A stretch of 37,609 nucleotides of DNA from positions 1 to 37,609 of the IMG/VR virus record IMGVR_UViG_3300045988_118907. One strand, written 5' to 3'. Shown one piece after another: positions 1-8,912 of this stretch (its first letter is position 1; every line of letters starts with the position of its first letter). A program made the translations under genes and the position numbers. The notes under the pieces were generated by a model that did no database searches, was not told the DNA's origin, and was given only the letters and a program-made list of their open reading frames with translations. This DNA is from a virus.

Positions 1-106
1 ATGTTTATTTTTGGTCATTTAAACAATATCATTTTTGTGCTCTCTTTTCAATATTTTATTTTCAATCTTCTTGTGACATATCTATTTTAAACCTATATTC
101 CAGTAT

Positions 107-385
107 TTATACAGTTTTCAGATATTCTTCTAATTCTGATAATTTAATCTTTTTAGCTAAATTAGAAATGTAAACATCATTTGAATAATTGAAAACTAGC
201 AATGTAATGTCTTTAATTATTATTCTATGTGGCTCAATATAGGAAAGATTTGTTTTATCTAGTTTTCTAATACTTCCATTGATAAATACCGGCTTAACCT
301 TAGCAAACTCACATATAAATTCAAGTCTTTGCTTTAAACATTCCTCAAATTCTAATTCTTCTTTAATTATCTTCATAAACACCAT
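107..385 (-). CDS. hypothetical protein (92 aa)
   Basis: Open ORF in supplied track; no family recognised. Confidence 0.45.
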   Translation of the reverse strand: MVFMKIIKEELEFEECLKQRLEFICEFAKVKPVFINGSIRKLDKTNLSYIEPHRIIIKDITLLVFNYSNDVYISNLAKKIKLSELEEYLKTV

Positions 386-499
386 CCTTTCTTTTTCGGA
401 TGATTTTAATGTTTTTAGACAACAAAAAAATCAACCAGATTATTTCTCTGATTGATTTTCATATCTCTCTGTTCAATTTAGTTCGAACAGATTCGTCAT

Positions 500-575
500 T
501 GGTGCCAACAGGCAGAATCGAACTGCCGACCTACGAGTTACGAATCCGTTGCTCTACCAACTGAGCTATATTGGC
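500..575 (-). tRNA. tRNA-Thr(CGU)
   Basis: Minus strand GCCAATA TA GCTC AGTTGGTA GAGC A ACGGA TTCGTAA CTCGT AGGTC GGCAG TTCGATT CTGCC TGTTGGC A CCA; full cloverleaf, anticodon CGT, encoded CCA. Confidence 0.95.
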
Positions 576-973
576 ATATTGCTTGTTTTGTTGATATATG
601 TGCCTGTTTGACAACTTTTATTTTTCAAAAAGTGTTGTCTATTTGTCTATTTAGTCTATTCTTTTTATTTAAAGAGTTGTCAAAAAGTTGTCAAATACTA
701 TAGGCACATTATAATATAGAATTATAAAAAAATCAACAATTAAATTTAAAATCTATAACTATCTAGCATTCCTAATAAATATATTTTTAATAATATATTT
801 TTATTATTTTTTAAGATTTCTAATTCTTCTCTTGAAAACATTTTTATATTTTCTTCAATTCTTCTTTCTAAAAGTTCTTCTAAATTCATAACGTCATTTA
901 ATACTACATCTTTCATTACATATCCTCCTACATTTATTTAGAACGTTCATAACCGAAAGATATATTTAATCTT

Positions 974-989
974 GTTGCATTTGGGCAAC
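974..989. promoter_or_regulatory. inverted repeat GTTGC-ATTTGG-GCAAC, copy 1 (putative operator)
   Basis: Perfect 5-6-5 inverted repeat downstream of the XRE gene 1047..1289; identical copy upstream of that gene. Confidence 0.6.
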
Positions 990-1046
990 ATTTTATGAAA
1001 GAGGCATTTTCTTTTATGAAAACAAAAAATGACACGTTTTATTGTG

Positions 1047-1289
1047 TCATAATATAACTTTATATAATTCTTTGACATCTACATTTAAAGCTATCGCTAT
1101 TTGTATTAGCGTAGATATCTTAGGTTCTCTTTCTTGTCTTTCTATTTTACTTAAATGTCCTTTACTTATTCCAGATAATCTGGCTAATGTTTCTAGTGTA
1201 ATATTCTTTTTAAGTCGGACTTCTCTTAATAATATCTTTACCTTCATAAAATCACCCATCTTTAGTATGCTCATTTTCATGTATATCAT
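1047..1289 (-). CDS. XRE/Cro-CI family helix-turn-helix regulator
   Basis: LREVRLKKNITLETLARLSGISKGHLSKIERQEREPKISTLIQIAIALNV is a classic HTH_3. Confidence 0.85.
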   Translation of the reverse strand: MIYMKMSILKMGDFMKVKILLREVRLKKNITLETLARLSGISKGHLSKIERQEREPKISTLIQIAIALNVDVKELYKVIL

Positions 1290-1296
1290 GTATTTT

Positions 1297-1312
1297 GTTG
1301 CATTTGGGCAAC
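1297..1312. promoter_or_regulatory. inverted repeat GTTGC-ATTTGG-GCAAC, copy 2 (putative operator)
   Basis: Same 16 bp inverted repeat immediately 5' of the XRE gene start (1289). Confidence 0.6.
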
Positions 1313-1443
1313 TTTATTAAATTTACATTTTGTCCACTATGGTGGAAAAGTGCCATTTTCTTATATGAAAATAATAGCTTTTCATATTACCACCAACTTT
1401 AGTATGTACTAATATCTAGAAAGTATGCAAAAAAAGAAGCCCT

Positions 1444-1716
1444 TTAGACTTCTTTCGCTAGTTTTATTATTTTTTTGAATCTTCTTGTTCTTAGTCTTCC
1501 TTTTAAACTTTCTGATGATAATATTAAATAGAATTTTAGCAACTTATTATACTCTTTCTCATTTTTTATATTTAATACTTTTATCATTTGTAGAGAGTCT
1601 TTACATGCTTTTTCCATAACTATCATCTCCTTTATGATATTATAACATTTTATGTTAAATTGTTGTGTTGGAATTTGTCGAAAATAAAAATATTTTAGTG
1701 ATGTAAAAATATTCAA
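1444..1716 (-). CDS. hypothetical protein
   Basis: ORF only; internal start at the later MIVMEKAC is possible. Confidence 0.4.
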   Translation of the reverse strand: MNIFTSLKYFYFRQIPTQQFNIKCYNIIKEMIVMEKACKDSLQMIKVLNIKNEKEYNKLLKFYLILSSESLKGRLRTRRFKKIIKLAKEV

Positions 1717-1847
1717 TTTTAGCCCTAAAATCGACCCTTTACAATCAATTTTAAGCCGTTTTATTTTTCAAGCCAATAAGTTATATTCCTTGATTTTTAA
1801 GCGTTTTTCAAGTTTTTTTAAAATTTTTATATTTTTTTGAAAAAATA

Positions 1848-1876
1848 TTGACACACGTATCAATACGTAGTATAAT
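1848..1876 (+). promoter_or_regulatory. hicAB promoter with palindromic spacer
   Basis: TTGACA (1848-1853), 17 bp spacer, TATAAT (1871-1876); spacer contains ACGTAT-CA-ATACGT. Confidence 0.85.
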
Positions 1877-1899
1877 GTTTATAGAAAGGAGGATAATAA

Positions 1900-2077
1900 A
1901 TGCGTAGTAAACAGCTAATCAAATTGCTAAAGCAAAATGGTTGGCAAGAAATATCTCAAAACGGTTCTCATTTAAAAATGAGAAAACGGAAATCAAACTG
2001 AGATTGTTCCTGTACATAACAAGGATATTCCAATCGGAACAGCTGAAGCAATACTAAAAAGGACAGGGCTAAAATAA
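1900..2077 (+). CDS. hicA: HicA-family mRNA interferase toxin, requires +1 shift at CGG 1987-1989
   Basis: RBS AGAAAGGAGG. MRSKQLIKLLKQNGWQEISQNGSHLKMRK then (skip C) GNQTEIVPVHNKDIPIGTAEAILKRTGLK*. Length 178 = 3x59+1. GSH core and KGNQTEIVPVHN block are HicA-like. Confidence 0.85.
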
Positions 2078-2206
2078 TTAGCCCTTCCTAAAAACTTCAA
2101 TATAATTTTTCAGCATGTTGAGGAGGATGCTTAAATTTTATATTTTACTATGTTTGTTTGCTATGCGTTTTTTCCTTTCTATCTTATATAATTTGGAGGT
2201 ATAAAA

Positions 2207-2599
2207 ATGAAAAATGAACTAACTGTCTTTCCCGCAATATTTACTTTTGACGGTAAATATTATAATGTTGATTTTATAGATTTAAAAGGTTGTTCAACTT
2301 TTGGAGACAGTATACAAAATGCTTATTTAATGGCTCAGGATGCTATGGGCTTATATTTAGACAATTTAACAAATTTTCCAAAACCAACCTTAGACATCTC
2401 TAAAATTATTTTACAAAAAAATCAATTTGTTTCATTTGTAAGCATTAATATGGATGAGTACCGAAAAAAATTTAATAATAAATCTATTAAAAAAACATTA
2501 ACAATACCTGCATGGTTAAATTATTTATCTGAAAAAAATAATATTAATTTTTCACAAGTTTTACAAGAAGCATTAAAAGAAAGATTAGGTATTGACTAA
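2207..2599 (+). CDS. hicB: HicB-family antitoxin
   Basis: FPAIFTFDGKYYNVDFIDLKGCSTFGDSIQNAYLMAQDAMGLYL typical HicB fold plus C-terminal RHH-like segment; adjacent to hicA. Confidence 0.85.
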   Translation: MKNELTVFPAIFTFDGKYYNVDFIDLKGCSTFGDSIQNAYLMAQDAMGLYLDNLTNFPKPTLDISKIILQKNQFVSFVSINMDEYRKKFNNKSIKKTLTIPAWLNYLSEKNNINFSQVLQEALKERLGID

Positions 2600-2746
2600 T
2601 TTTTAAAAATGTCATATAATATATATTAAAGAAAACGCATTTATTATCCTTGAAAAAGGAGATAAAAGGGGCTAGTACAAACTAGTCTCTTTTCAATTTA
2701 AAGAAAAAAGAGCTAGACTAGAAATTAATCTAATCTAGCTCTAATA

Positions 2747-4129
2747 TTATAATTTAGTACAATAATTTAATGAAATCCACCCACTTGGAATTAATCCAAA
2801 TCCATTTCGAACTTTAATAACTGTTGTTACTACTCCACGTTTTAATCCATTAGTATATTGATTTCCTAATCTTTTATTTTGATATCTTGCATTAGACGTT
2901 AATTGTTTATATCCTTTTATTTTATACTTTGTACTAGGACCTGTTCTAACATTTAAGACACTAGCATTTACTTTGTATTTTCCTGTAGTGTATTTTACAC
3001 CAGAAATTGTTTTAACCGAATTTGAAGCTACAGCCATATAACTTGTTAGATAATTACTAGAAACCCATTTATTTGTCCCTATTCTACTCCAATTGCCATC
3101 TGTTTCATATACTGTTACTGCTGTACCATTAGATAATCCACCTACAATATATCCATTAGGCTTATTTCTTATATTTAATCCTATTTTAGCATTTACATAT
3201 CTAGTATATGCTTGTGTTGTAACTGGACGTGTGTTGTTTACTTGTACATTTCCATCATGAGCAAATGCAAAGAATTTACTATAATTAGCATAGTTTCTAA
3301 AATTGTCTATACTACAATATACTGTATTTCCATCTACAGTTACTTTGCCTCTTCTTGTACTTGTTGAGAATTTGCCACTATATAAATATGGATCATATAT
3401 CTTTAATGTATCTCCATCTATTCCAACTAGAACGATAAAGTGTCCGCCCGTTGTAAACAATCCGTTTCCACATGATACTATTACATAATGATTATTTCTT
3501 AATAACTCTACAGCTTTGTCTAAATAATATGTTTCTTCATATCCAATATCAAATTCGTCTGCTACAGCTCTAAAAGCACTAAAATATGTACCATTATTTG
3601 CACTTCTATATCCATGTTGTACAAACAAATCACACATAGTATCAGGTGTTATTGCTCCTTTTGTAGCTGTTACTACCATTGAAGCACATGTAGGACCACA
3701 AGCGCTAGAACCTATTGTTTGGTTTGGATTGCCTACACTAGAATACATCTTGCTTGCCCATCTACTATCTAATTGTGAATAATATGTTAATCCAACATAA
3801 TCTCCTAATTCTACGTTCCAAGTTTCTGCTTTTGCTCCTTCATAAGCTATGTCTCCTTGAAGTTGAAATCCTTCTGTTTCTTCTCCTTCTTGCTCATTTG
3901 ATACAGCATTCTCTTGTTCTTCTGTTTGTTCTATTATTTCTGTAGATGGTAAAGATTCTATTTCTTCTTTACTCATTTCTCTTGTTGCTATATCTGTTAC
4001 AGTGTCTGTAACTTTCTCTACTACATCTTTTTTTAGCTCCTTATCATCTATAAAAAATATTGCACTAAAAAATATCATAACCATAGCCACTATAACTGCT
4101 ATGGTTATATTTCTATCTTGTTTTTTCAT
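2747..4129 (-). CDS. N-terminally anchored C39-like peptidase / cell-wall hydrolase with SH3b repeats (prophage lysin)
   Basis: TM segment IAVIVAMVMIFFSAIFF, peptidase_C39_2-like SACGPTCASMV...GGHFIVLVGIDGD...YDPY, two SH3-like repeats (NVRTGPSTKYKIKG). Start reset to MKKQDRN (RBS AAAGGGG, ATGA overlap with upstream gene). Confidence 0.8.
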   Translation of the reverse strand: MKKQDRNITIAVIVAMVMIFFSAIFFIDDKELKKDVVEKVTDTVTDIATREMSKEEIESLPSTEIIEQTEEQENAVSNEQEGEETEGFQLQGDIAYEGAKAETWNVELGDYVGLTYYSQLDSRWASKMYSSVGNPNQTIGSSACGPTCASMVVTATKGAITPDTMCDLFVQHGYRSANNGTYFSAFRAVADEFDIGYEETYYLDKAVELLRNNHYVIVSCGNGLFTTGGHFIVLVGIDGDTLKIYDPYLYSGKFSTSTRRGKVTVDGNTVYCSIDNFRNYANYSKFFAFAHDGNVQVNNTRPVTTQAYTRYVNAKIGLNIRNKPNGYIVGGLSNGTAVTVYETDGNWSRIGTNKWVSSNYLTSYMAVASNSVKTISGVKYTTGKYKVNASVLNVRTGPSTKYKIKGYKQLTSNARYQNKRLGNQYTNGLKRGVVTTVIKVRNGFGLIPSGWISLNYCTKL

Positions 4130-4468
4130 TTCAATGCCCCTTTCTTTTCTAATTCTTCCCATTTACTATGTACATATGAATTTCCTTTAAGGTTTGTATA
4201 TTCTTCATATATTTCATAAGCTCTTTTAATTTGAATATCTGACTTTGGTTGTTTGTTTTCTATGTCAGATAGAAAATCTGTCAAATATGTTTTGTCATGT
4301 TCTTTTTGATTTTCCTTCATTTCTTTTTTTACTGCTTCTAACTCTTTTTTAAATTCTGCCTTTATACTTTCTAATGTCTCAATTTTTTTATTAGTTTGAT
4401 TTGATATTAATGTATTAATAATAACTCCGCAGTACTGTTATTATTGCTACTATTATTGTGCTATCCAC
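4126..4468 (-). CDS. holin-like/BhlA-like small membrane protein, requires +1 shift at CGG 4429-4427
   Basis: GTG start with GGAGG RBS; MDSTIIVAIITVL then (skip C) GVIINTLISNQTNKKIETLESIKAEFKKELEAVKKEMKENQKEHDKTY...; length 343 = 3x114+1; TAGTG and ATGA junctions with neighbours. Confidence 0.75.
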
Positions 4469-4716
4469 TATCCCACCTCCTCTATCTCTTTAACTTTCCA
4501 CTTCTGTATTATCTTTTCTTTTTGTTTTTGATAGTAAGGTTCTAAGTACTGTGTTTCCATATTAAAAGCAGGTTCTTCCTCTATTTCTAAAGTCTTGTAA
4601 CCTGCTTTTTCGAAATCTTCTTCTCGTGGATTTATTACTTGCTTATTATCATATTCTAGTATCTTTTTGTAATTTGCATATTTTACATTGTATTCATTTA
4701 TATATTTTACTAACAT
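4468..4716 (-). CDS. small phage tail-module protein
   Basis: MLVKYINEYNVKYANYKK..., RBS AAAGGAGAG upstream of ATG 4716. Confidence 0.6.
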   Translation of the reverse strand: MLVKYINEYNVKYANYKKILEYDNKQVINPREEDFEKAGYKTLEIEEEPAFNMETQYLEPYYQKQKEKIIQKWKVKEIEEVG

Positions 4717-4717
4717 A

Positions 4718-5330
4718 TTAACTCTCCTTTTCTCCATATAAAAAATCTCCTGTTCCGCTTGTTGTAGTAAAACTTTTTATTTACTTTGTCATACATACAT
4801 GCTACGCCATTTTTGTCAAGAACTGGTATCATATCTCTAACTAATACATCATTATCATATATTTTAAAATCATAAACTTTTCCTTTGAAACATCTGTTAT
4901 CTGCTTTATTTGCATTATTCCACGTAAAAAGATAAATATTATAAAATTCTGTAAAAGTTCCTCTATTTGGTAAGATTTGATTTACATTATCAATTGTATA
5001 TACTTCATTTGAAAGTACAACTGTATGTTTTTTGTCATCTATTGTGTTGACTGTAGTATTATTTTTTTGTGTATTACCACCAAAACCACTAAAAGCAGAC
5101 TCTGCATTATTGAATCCCCACGTCAATCCGTCTAAGATTTTAGTTTTTCTTGCTCCAAATAATAATGTTGATATTTGATTACCACTAAAAGTACATTCTA
5201 TTTTTAAACTTTGTTTAGTTTTCACTTCTGTGTTTATATATTGAGTTCCTGTACCTTCGATGTAATTTAATTCTGTATATTCATTTTGTTTCTTTATACT
5301 CATCATTAGTCTTCTTCTGAAATTAGACAT
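4718..5330 (-). CDS. phage tail/LamG-like protein, requires +1 shift at CGG 4757-4755
   Basis: MSNFRRRLMMSIKKQNEYTELNYIEGTGTQYINTEV...CMYDKVNKKFYYNK then (skip C) GTGDFLYGEKES*; length 613 = 3x204+1. FYYNxGTGDF is the usual C-terminus of this family. Confidence 0.8.
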
Positions 5331-6375
5331 TTGACACCCCCAACAACACACCAATATTGTCTACTATACTACATTGATATATTTTGTTTACCTCTATCGT
5401 CGGTGTTTCTAGCCATTTGACTGTATTAGGTAAAGTTAAAGTAGTTGCAGTAGCTCCACTTATAAATTCAAACATAAACTCATTTAAAACTGATGTATCT
5501 GTTATTGCGGCAAGTGTGATATTTAAACTTGATACTTCCCCGAATTTATAGAATTTATTTGATTCTATTTCTTGTGTGGTTAATGTACTTTCTACTATTT
5601 CTACTGAATAATTTTTCCCATCAGTTCCGTTTGTGCCATCCTTACCGTTAGCACCATCTTTTCCGTCAATACCTTTTTTTCCTTGAATACCTTGTATTCC
5701 CTGCTCTCCTTGTGGTCCAATTGGTCCTTGGATTCCTTGTTCTCCTTGAGGTCCAGTTTCTCCAATGTCTCCTTTTTCTCCCTTTAGTTCTTCTTTATGT
5801 TCATTTACATATGTTTCAACTACATTTGGTACTTGATTATCAGCATATTCTTTAGCACTTTTTAGTATATCTTTGTCTTGATTATCAACGTATTCTTTAT
5901 CTGCTGTTTCTTTAAAATTTGCACTTATTACGTTGTTTCCTATTGTTATATTTTTCCCTGCTTTCAATTTGTCCTGCTTATTGTTTAAAACATCTAAAAT
6001 ATCAGGGTAATCTTCTTCTATTGTAGATGTTGCATTTATTGAATCCAAGATATTCATATAGAATTTTTTTGATTTAAACACTGGTATTCCATTTTCTTTT
6101 TCATCTTCTGTTATTCTTAATTGTAAGTATATTATTGACGTATCTGAAAGTAAGCTTGGTTTTATTTCTACCTCATATGTTTCATTTACTTTATCCATTG
6201 GTATGTACTTTTTTGTTCCATCTTCTTTTTCAAATTCTAACCATGCTACTCCATTTTTAAAGTTCTCGAAATAGAATATTATTTTTCCCTGTAAGTTTTC
6301 TCCATCTATTCCAAGAACTTTATCATTAAAATATACCATACTATTATCTGCTACTTTTATTTTCTTATCCTTCAT
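5323..6375 (-). CDS. BppU-like N-terminal domain tail/baseplate protein with collagen-like repeats
   Basis: N-terminal baseplate-like domain, then GDIGETGPQGEQGIQGPIGPQGEQGIQGIQGKKGIDGKDGANGKDGTNGTDG (Gly-X-Y). Confidence 0.75.
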   Translation of the reverse strand: MKDKKIKVADNSMVYFNDKVLGIDGENLQGKIIFYFENFKNGVAWLEFEKEDGTKKYIPMDKVNETYEVEIKPSLLSDTSIIYLQLRITEDEKENGIPVFKSKKFYMNILDSINATSTIEEDYPDILDVLNNKQDKLKAGKNITIGNNVISANFKETADKEYVDNQDKDILKSAKEYADNQVPNVVETYVNEHKEELKGEKGDIGETGPQGEQGIQGPIGPQGEQGIQGIQGKKGIDGKDGANGKDGTNGTDGKNYSVEIVESTLTTQEIESNKFYKFGEVSSLNITLAAITDTSVLNEFMFEFISGATATTLTLPNTVKWLETPTIEVNKIYQCSIVDNIGVLLGVSNV

Positions 6376-6407
6376 ATCATATCTTTTCCCTTCATATTAA
6401 TCACAGA

Positions 6408-6852
6408 TTATTCAACTGCTTCAACCGTTAAATATGCACCTAAATATTCTAAGTTTCCACTATAATTACTTGATATAGCCATTGATATTTTATCACCTTC
6501 GGTCACTTCAATTACAAATGGAGTAATACTTGCTCCTATAAAACTTATATTACTTGCTCCGAGCTAAATAATAATCTTTTATTGCTTGCGAGTTTTTTTC
6601 AATATAAAAAGTTTTATCTCCTTGAAGTGTCTCGCTTATTCCTCTACAAGTAGCTGAACATTTTATTTTAGTAACTCCCTTTCCTATAACGATTGTATTA
6701 TTTATCACTGTCAACTTGTTTCCTACAATTTCCGTATCATCTAACGATAAAGCTTGCTTTCCCCAAGATGTTGATATATTTATTGTTTGCCTATTTGAAG
6801 TTGCTGTAATTATATTTTTTTCTTTTAACTCTAAAATAAGAGGTTTAGACAT
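6408..6852 (-). CDS. phage tail-module protein, requires +1 shift at CGG 6561-6559
   Basis: RBS GGGAGGTG before ATG 6852; ...GDKTFYIEKNSQAIKDYYLA then (skip C) GASNISFIGASITPFVIEVTEGDKISMAISSNYSGNLEYLGAYLTVEAVE*; length 445 = 3x148+1. Confidence 0.75.
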
Positions 6853-6955
6853 TGTCTTCACCTCCCATTTTTTTATTTATTAAAGTGTAGCTCTCTCTCT
6901 TAGAACCACAACGGTTTTGCTAATTTTGTTCATATTATCATTCTCCTTTTTATTT

Positions 6956-7300
6956 CTAATTTTTAGTGTAATAAACTGTAACATATACAATTCCTGTTCT
7001 GCTTCCAGAATCATTATTATTAATTCTTATCGTATTATCTTGTATAAACGCTCCAATGCTTAAGTTACTATTAAAATATATATTACAAGGAACAAATTGA
7101 CTGTCATCAGGATTGAATCCTCCTTCTAATCCTATATATGTTACATTAGTAAGTCCTGTTGATGTCTTACTACCTTGCCCTGGGTTTGGTAATTGTCCAC
7201 AATTTATTCTTTTTCCATATATTCTTTTTCCATCTATAAATTCGTTTGTTTCAAACTCTTCTCCTGTTTTTATAAAAACTGCATTTCGTGGTTCGCCCAT
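6956..7300 (-). CDS. phage tail-module hypothetical protein
   Basis: ORF with ordinary RBS context in the tail operon. Confidence 0.6.
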   Translation of the reverse strand: MGEPRNAVFIKTGEEFETNEFIDGKRIYGKRINCGQLPNPGQGSKTSTGLTNVTYIGLEGGFNPDDSQFVPCNIYFNSNLSIGAFIQDNTIRINNNDSGSRTGIVYVTVYYTKN

Positions 7301-7312
7301 ATTTTCACTCCT

Positions 7313-7669
7313 TTACTTATATAAAAATTCTAATTTACTTCCTACTGGTACGTCCCAGTCTAGGAATTGAATTGTAGTACTCTTTGTTCCTTCCTCTCCG
7401 ACTTCAATATAGTTTTCATTATTTATAAGCTTACATCCTTCAAAAAAGATTGATAAAGAATTGTTACCAACAATATAAATTATCGGTATTGCATAGTCTG
7501 CATTAGCTGATATTTCTACTTCAACTATTAATGAAGAACTTACTGTTTCTCCACCTTTTCTAACATTTTTTGCAGTCGCTTTTTTATTTGCTCCATTTTG
7601 TACTATCATTATTAAATCTTCATCATTAACACTCTCTGCCTCTGTCATTTCACTAACTTTAATCTCCAT
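7313..7669 (-). CDS. phage tail-module hypothetical protein
   Basis: MEIKVSEMTEAESVNDEDLIMIVQNGANKKATAKNV, a common phage tail-fibre segment. Confidence 0.65.
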   Translation of the reverse strand: MEIKVSEMTEAESVNDEDLIMIVQNGANKKATAKNVRKGGETVSSSLIVEVEISANADYAIPIIYIVGNNSLSIFFEGCKLINNENYIEVGEEGTKSTTIQFLDWDVPVGSKLEFLYK

Positions 7670-7670
7670 T

Positions 7671-7848
7671 CTATTCCCCCCATTCCGTTCTGATAGTCTT
7701 TTTATTCTCAGTCACTATTGTCAATCCACTTTCAGTAATTAGTGACTTTTTAAACGAATAATCATCCTCTACTTTTATCTTTATTTTTAAATTAGAACCG
7801 TACATAAATTAATGCAGGCTCTACTATTATTTCTTTTATTTTAGACAT
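7671..7848 (-). CDS. small tail-module protein missed by ORF track, requires +1 shift at CGG 7800-7798
   Basis: TAATG overlap with upstream gene; MSKIKEIIVEPALIYV then (skip C) GSNLKIKIKVEDDYSFKKSLITESGLTIVTENKKTIRTEWGE*; length 178 = 3x59+1; TAG one base before next ATG. Confidence 0.8.
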
Positions 7849-8897
7849 TATTTTGTATTCCTCCACGTTCCAGCTACTTTAAAGAATAACTTTGTTAGTT
7901 TCCAACTACTATCTTTTTTATACAACTTTGCTTTAATCCATGTTCCTTCTTTTTTTACATATATGTTTGCTTTTAATGTTATTATAGATTTTGCAGTAGC
8001 ATTATAAATACTATTTGTGGTTACTACGTATGTAATTTCTGTAGTTTCATCTTTTAATAGCTTGATCATTTTAGAAAGTTCTTCTTTTGTAAAAGATAAA
8101 GTATAAGTAGAAGTTAAATCTTCTCTTGAACATATTTCTGTCTCTCCGATTTTTACAGTTAATTTAGCTGTTCCATTTGCAAGATTAGAGAAACCGATAT
8201 CAATATCTTGTCCAAAATCGGTATTTGCAACGTTTGTTATTTTAGCAATATCTTTTGTTGTTGCATATGCATAACCAGTTATTGTATCCACACCATTAAC
8301 ATTTGCTTTCAATCTGAAGTTATAAGATGTATTGCATTTTAAATTACTAATACGTATTGTCGCATTCCTATACCAAGAACCACTAACAGTACTTACATCT
8401 TGCCAAGCTCCTCCATTCGCACTAACCTGCATAGTTGAAACATCTTTATCTAAACTATATGAGATATCTACAGTATCTAATGTACTATTGTTTATATAAA
8501 AACTAGTAAAGTTAGCGCCTCGTGGAATTTGATTTAACCATACTCCTGCACTGCAACTTCCACTTCCAATTCTAGAAGTGTTTGTATCCCAATATCCACT
8601 AACACTAAAATATTTGCTTCCATTTGCGTCATGATAAATATTTCCAGTCCATTCAGCTAATAAAATATCTTTATACGCTCCTGAACTATAGTTTAGAGAA
8701 CTTATGCTGTAACTTCCTAAATCTCCCATATTTCCATATGTAGTATTATTAGTATAAGCATAATAACTAGAGCCATCGAATGTTAAATACATTCTTACAG
8801 TTACATTTGTATAATTGCCTTCTACGCTTTGCCAGTTTTGAGTTATAGATTGCCATAAAGTATAATGACTTCCATAACTTCCAGACATATTTCCCAT
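7848..8897 (-). CDS. DUF859-like phage structural protein
   Basis: 349 aa; GSYGSHYTLWQSITQNWQSVEGNYTNVTVRMYL...GTWRNTK. Confidence 0.6.
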   Translation of the reverse strand: MGNMSGSYGSHYTLWQSITQNWQSVEGNYTNVTVRMYLTFDGSSYYAYTNNTTYGNMGDLGSYSISSLNYSSGAYKDILLAEWTGNIYHDANGSKYFSVSGYWDTNTSRIGSGSCSAGVWLNQIPRGANFTSFYINNSTLDTVDISYSLDKDVSTMQVSANGGAWQDVSTVSGSWYRNATIRISNLKCNTSYNFRLKANVNGVDTITGYAYATTKDIAKITNVANTDFGQDIDIGFSNLANGTAKLTVKIGETEICSREDLTSTYTLSFTKEELSKMIKLLKDETTEITYVVTTNSIYNATAKSIITLKANIYVKKEGTWIKAKLYKKDSSWKLTKLFFKVAGTWRNTK

Positions 8898-8912
8898 GTT
8901 TTAACACTCCTT

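Noticed and set aside
500-575. tRNA-Thr as phage attachment site
   Set aside because: Its 3' end faces away from the prophage and no duplicate of the tRNA 3' end was seen at the right side; no integrase in the window.
1978-4430. CGG frameshifts as random sequencing/assembly errors or prophage decay
   Set aside because: Ten events share the same sequence (an extra C exactly before GG in a Gly codon), none found at other codons, two in one tiny gene, and all gene boundaries stay intact. Raw-read inspection is still needed.
5590-5770. Possible CRISPR or tandem DNA repeat
   Set aside because: Repetition reflects collagen-like Gly-X-Y coding sequence; no spacer structure. No CRISPR array was seen in the window.
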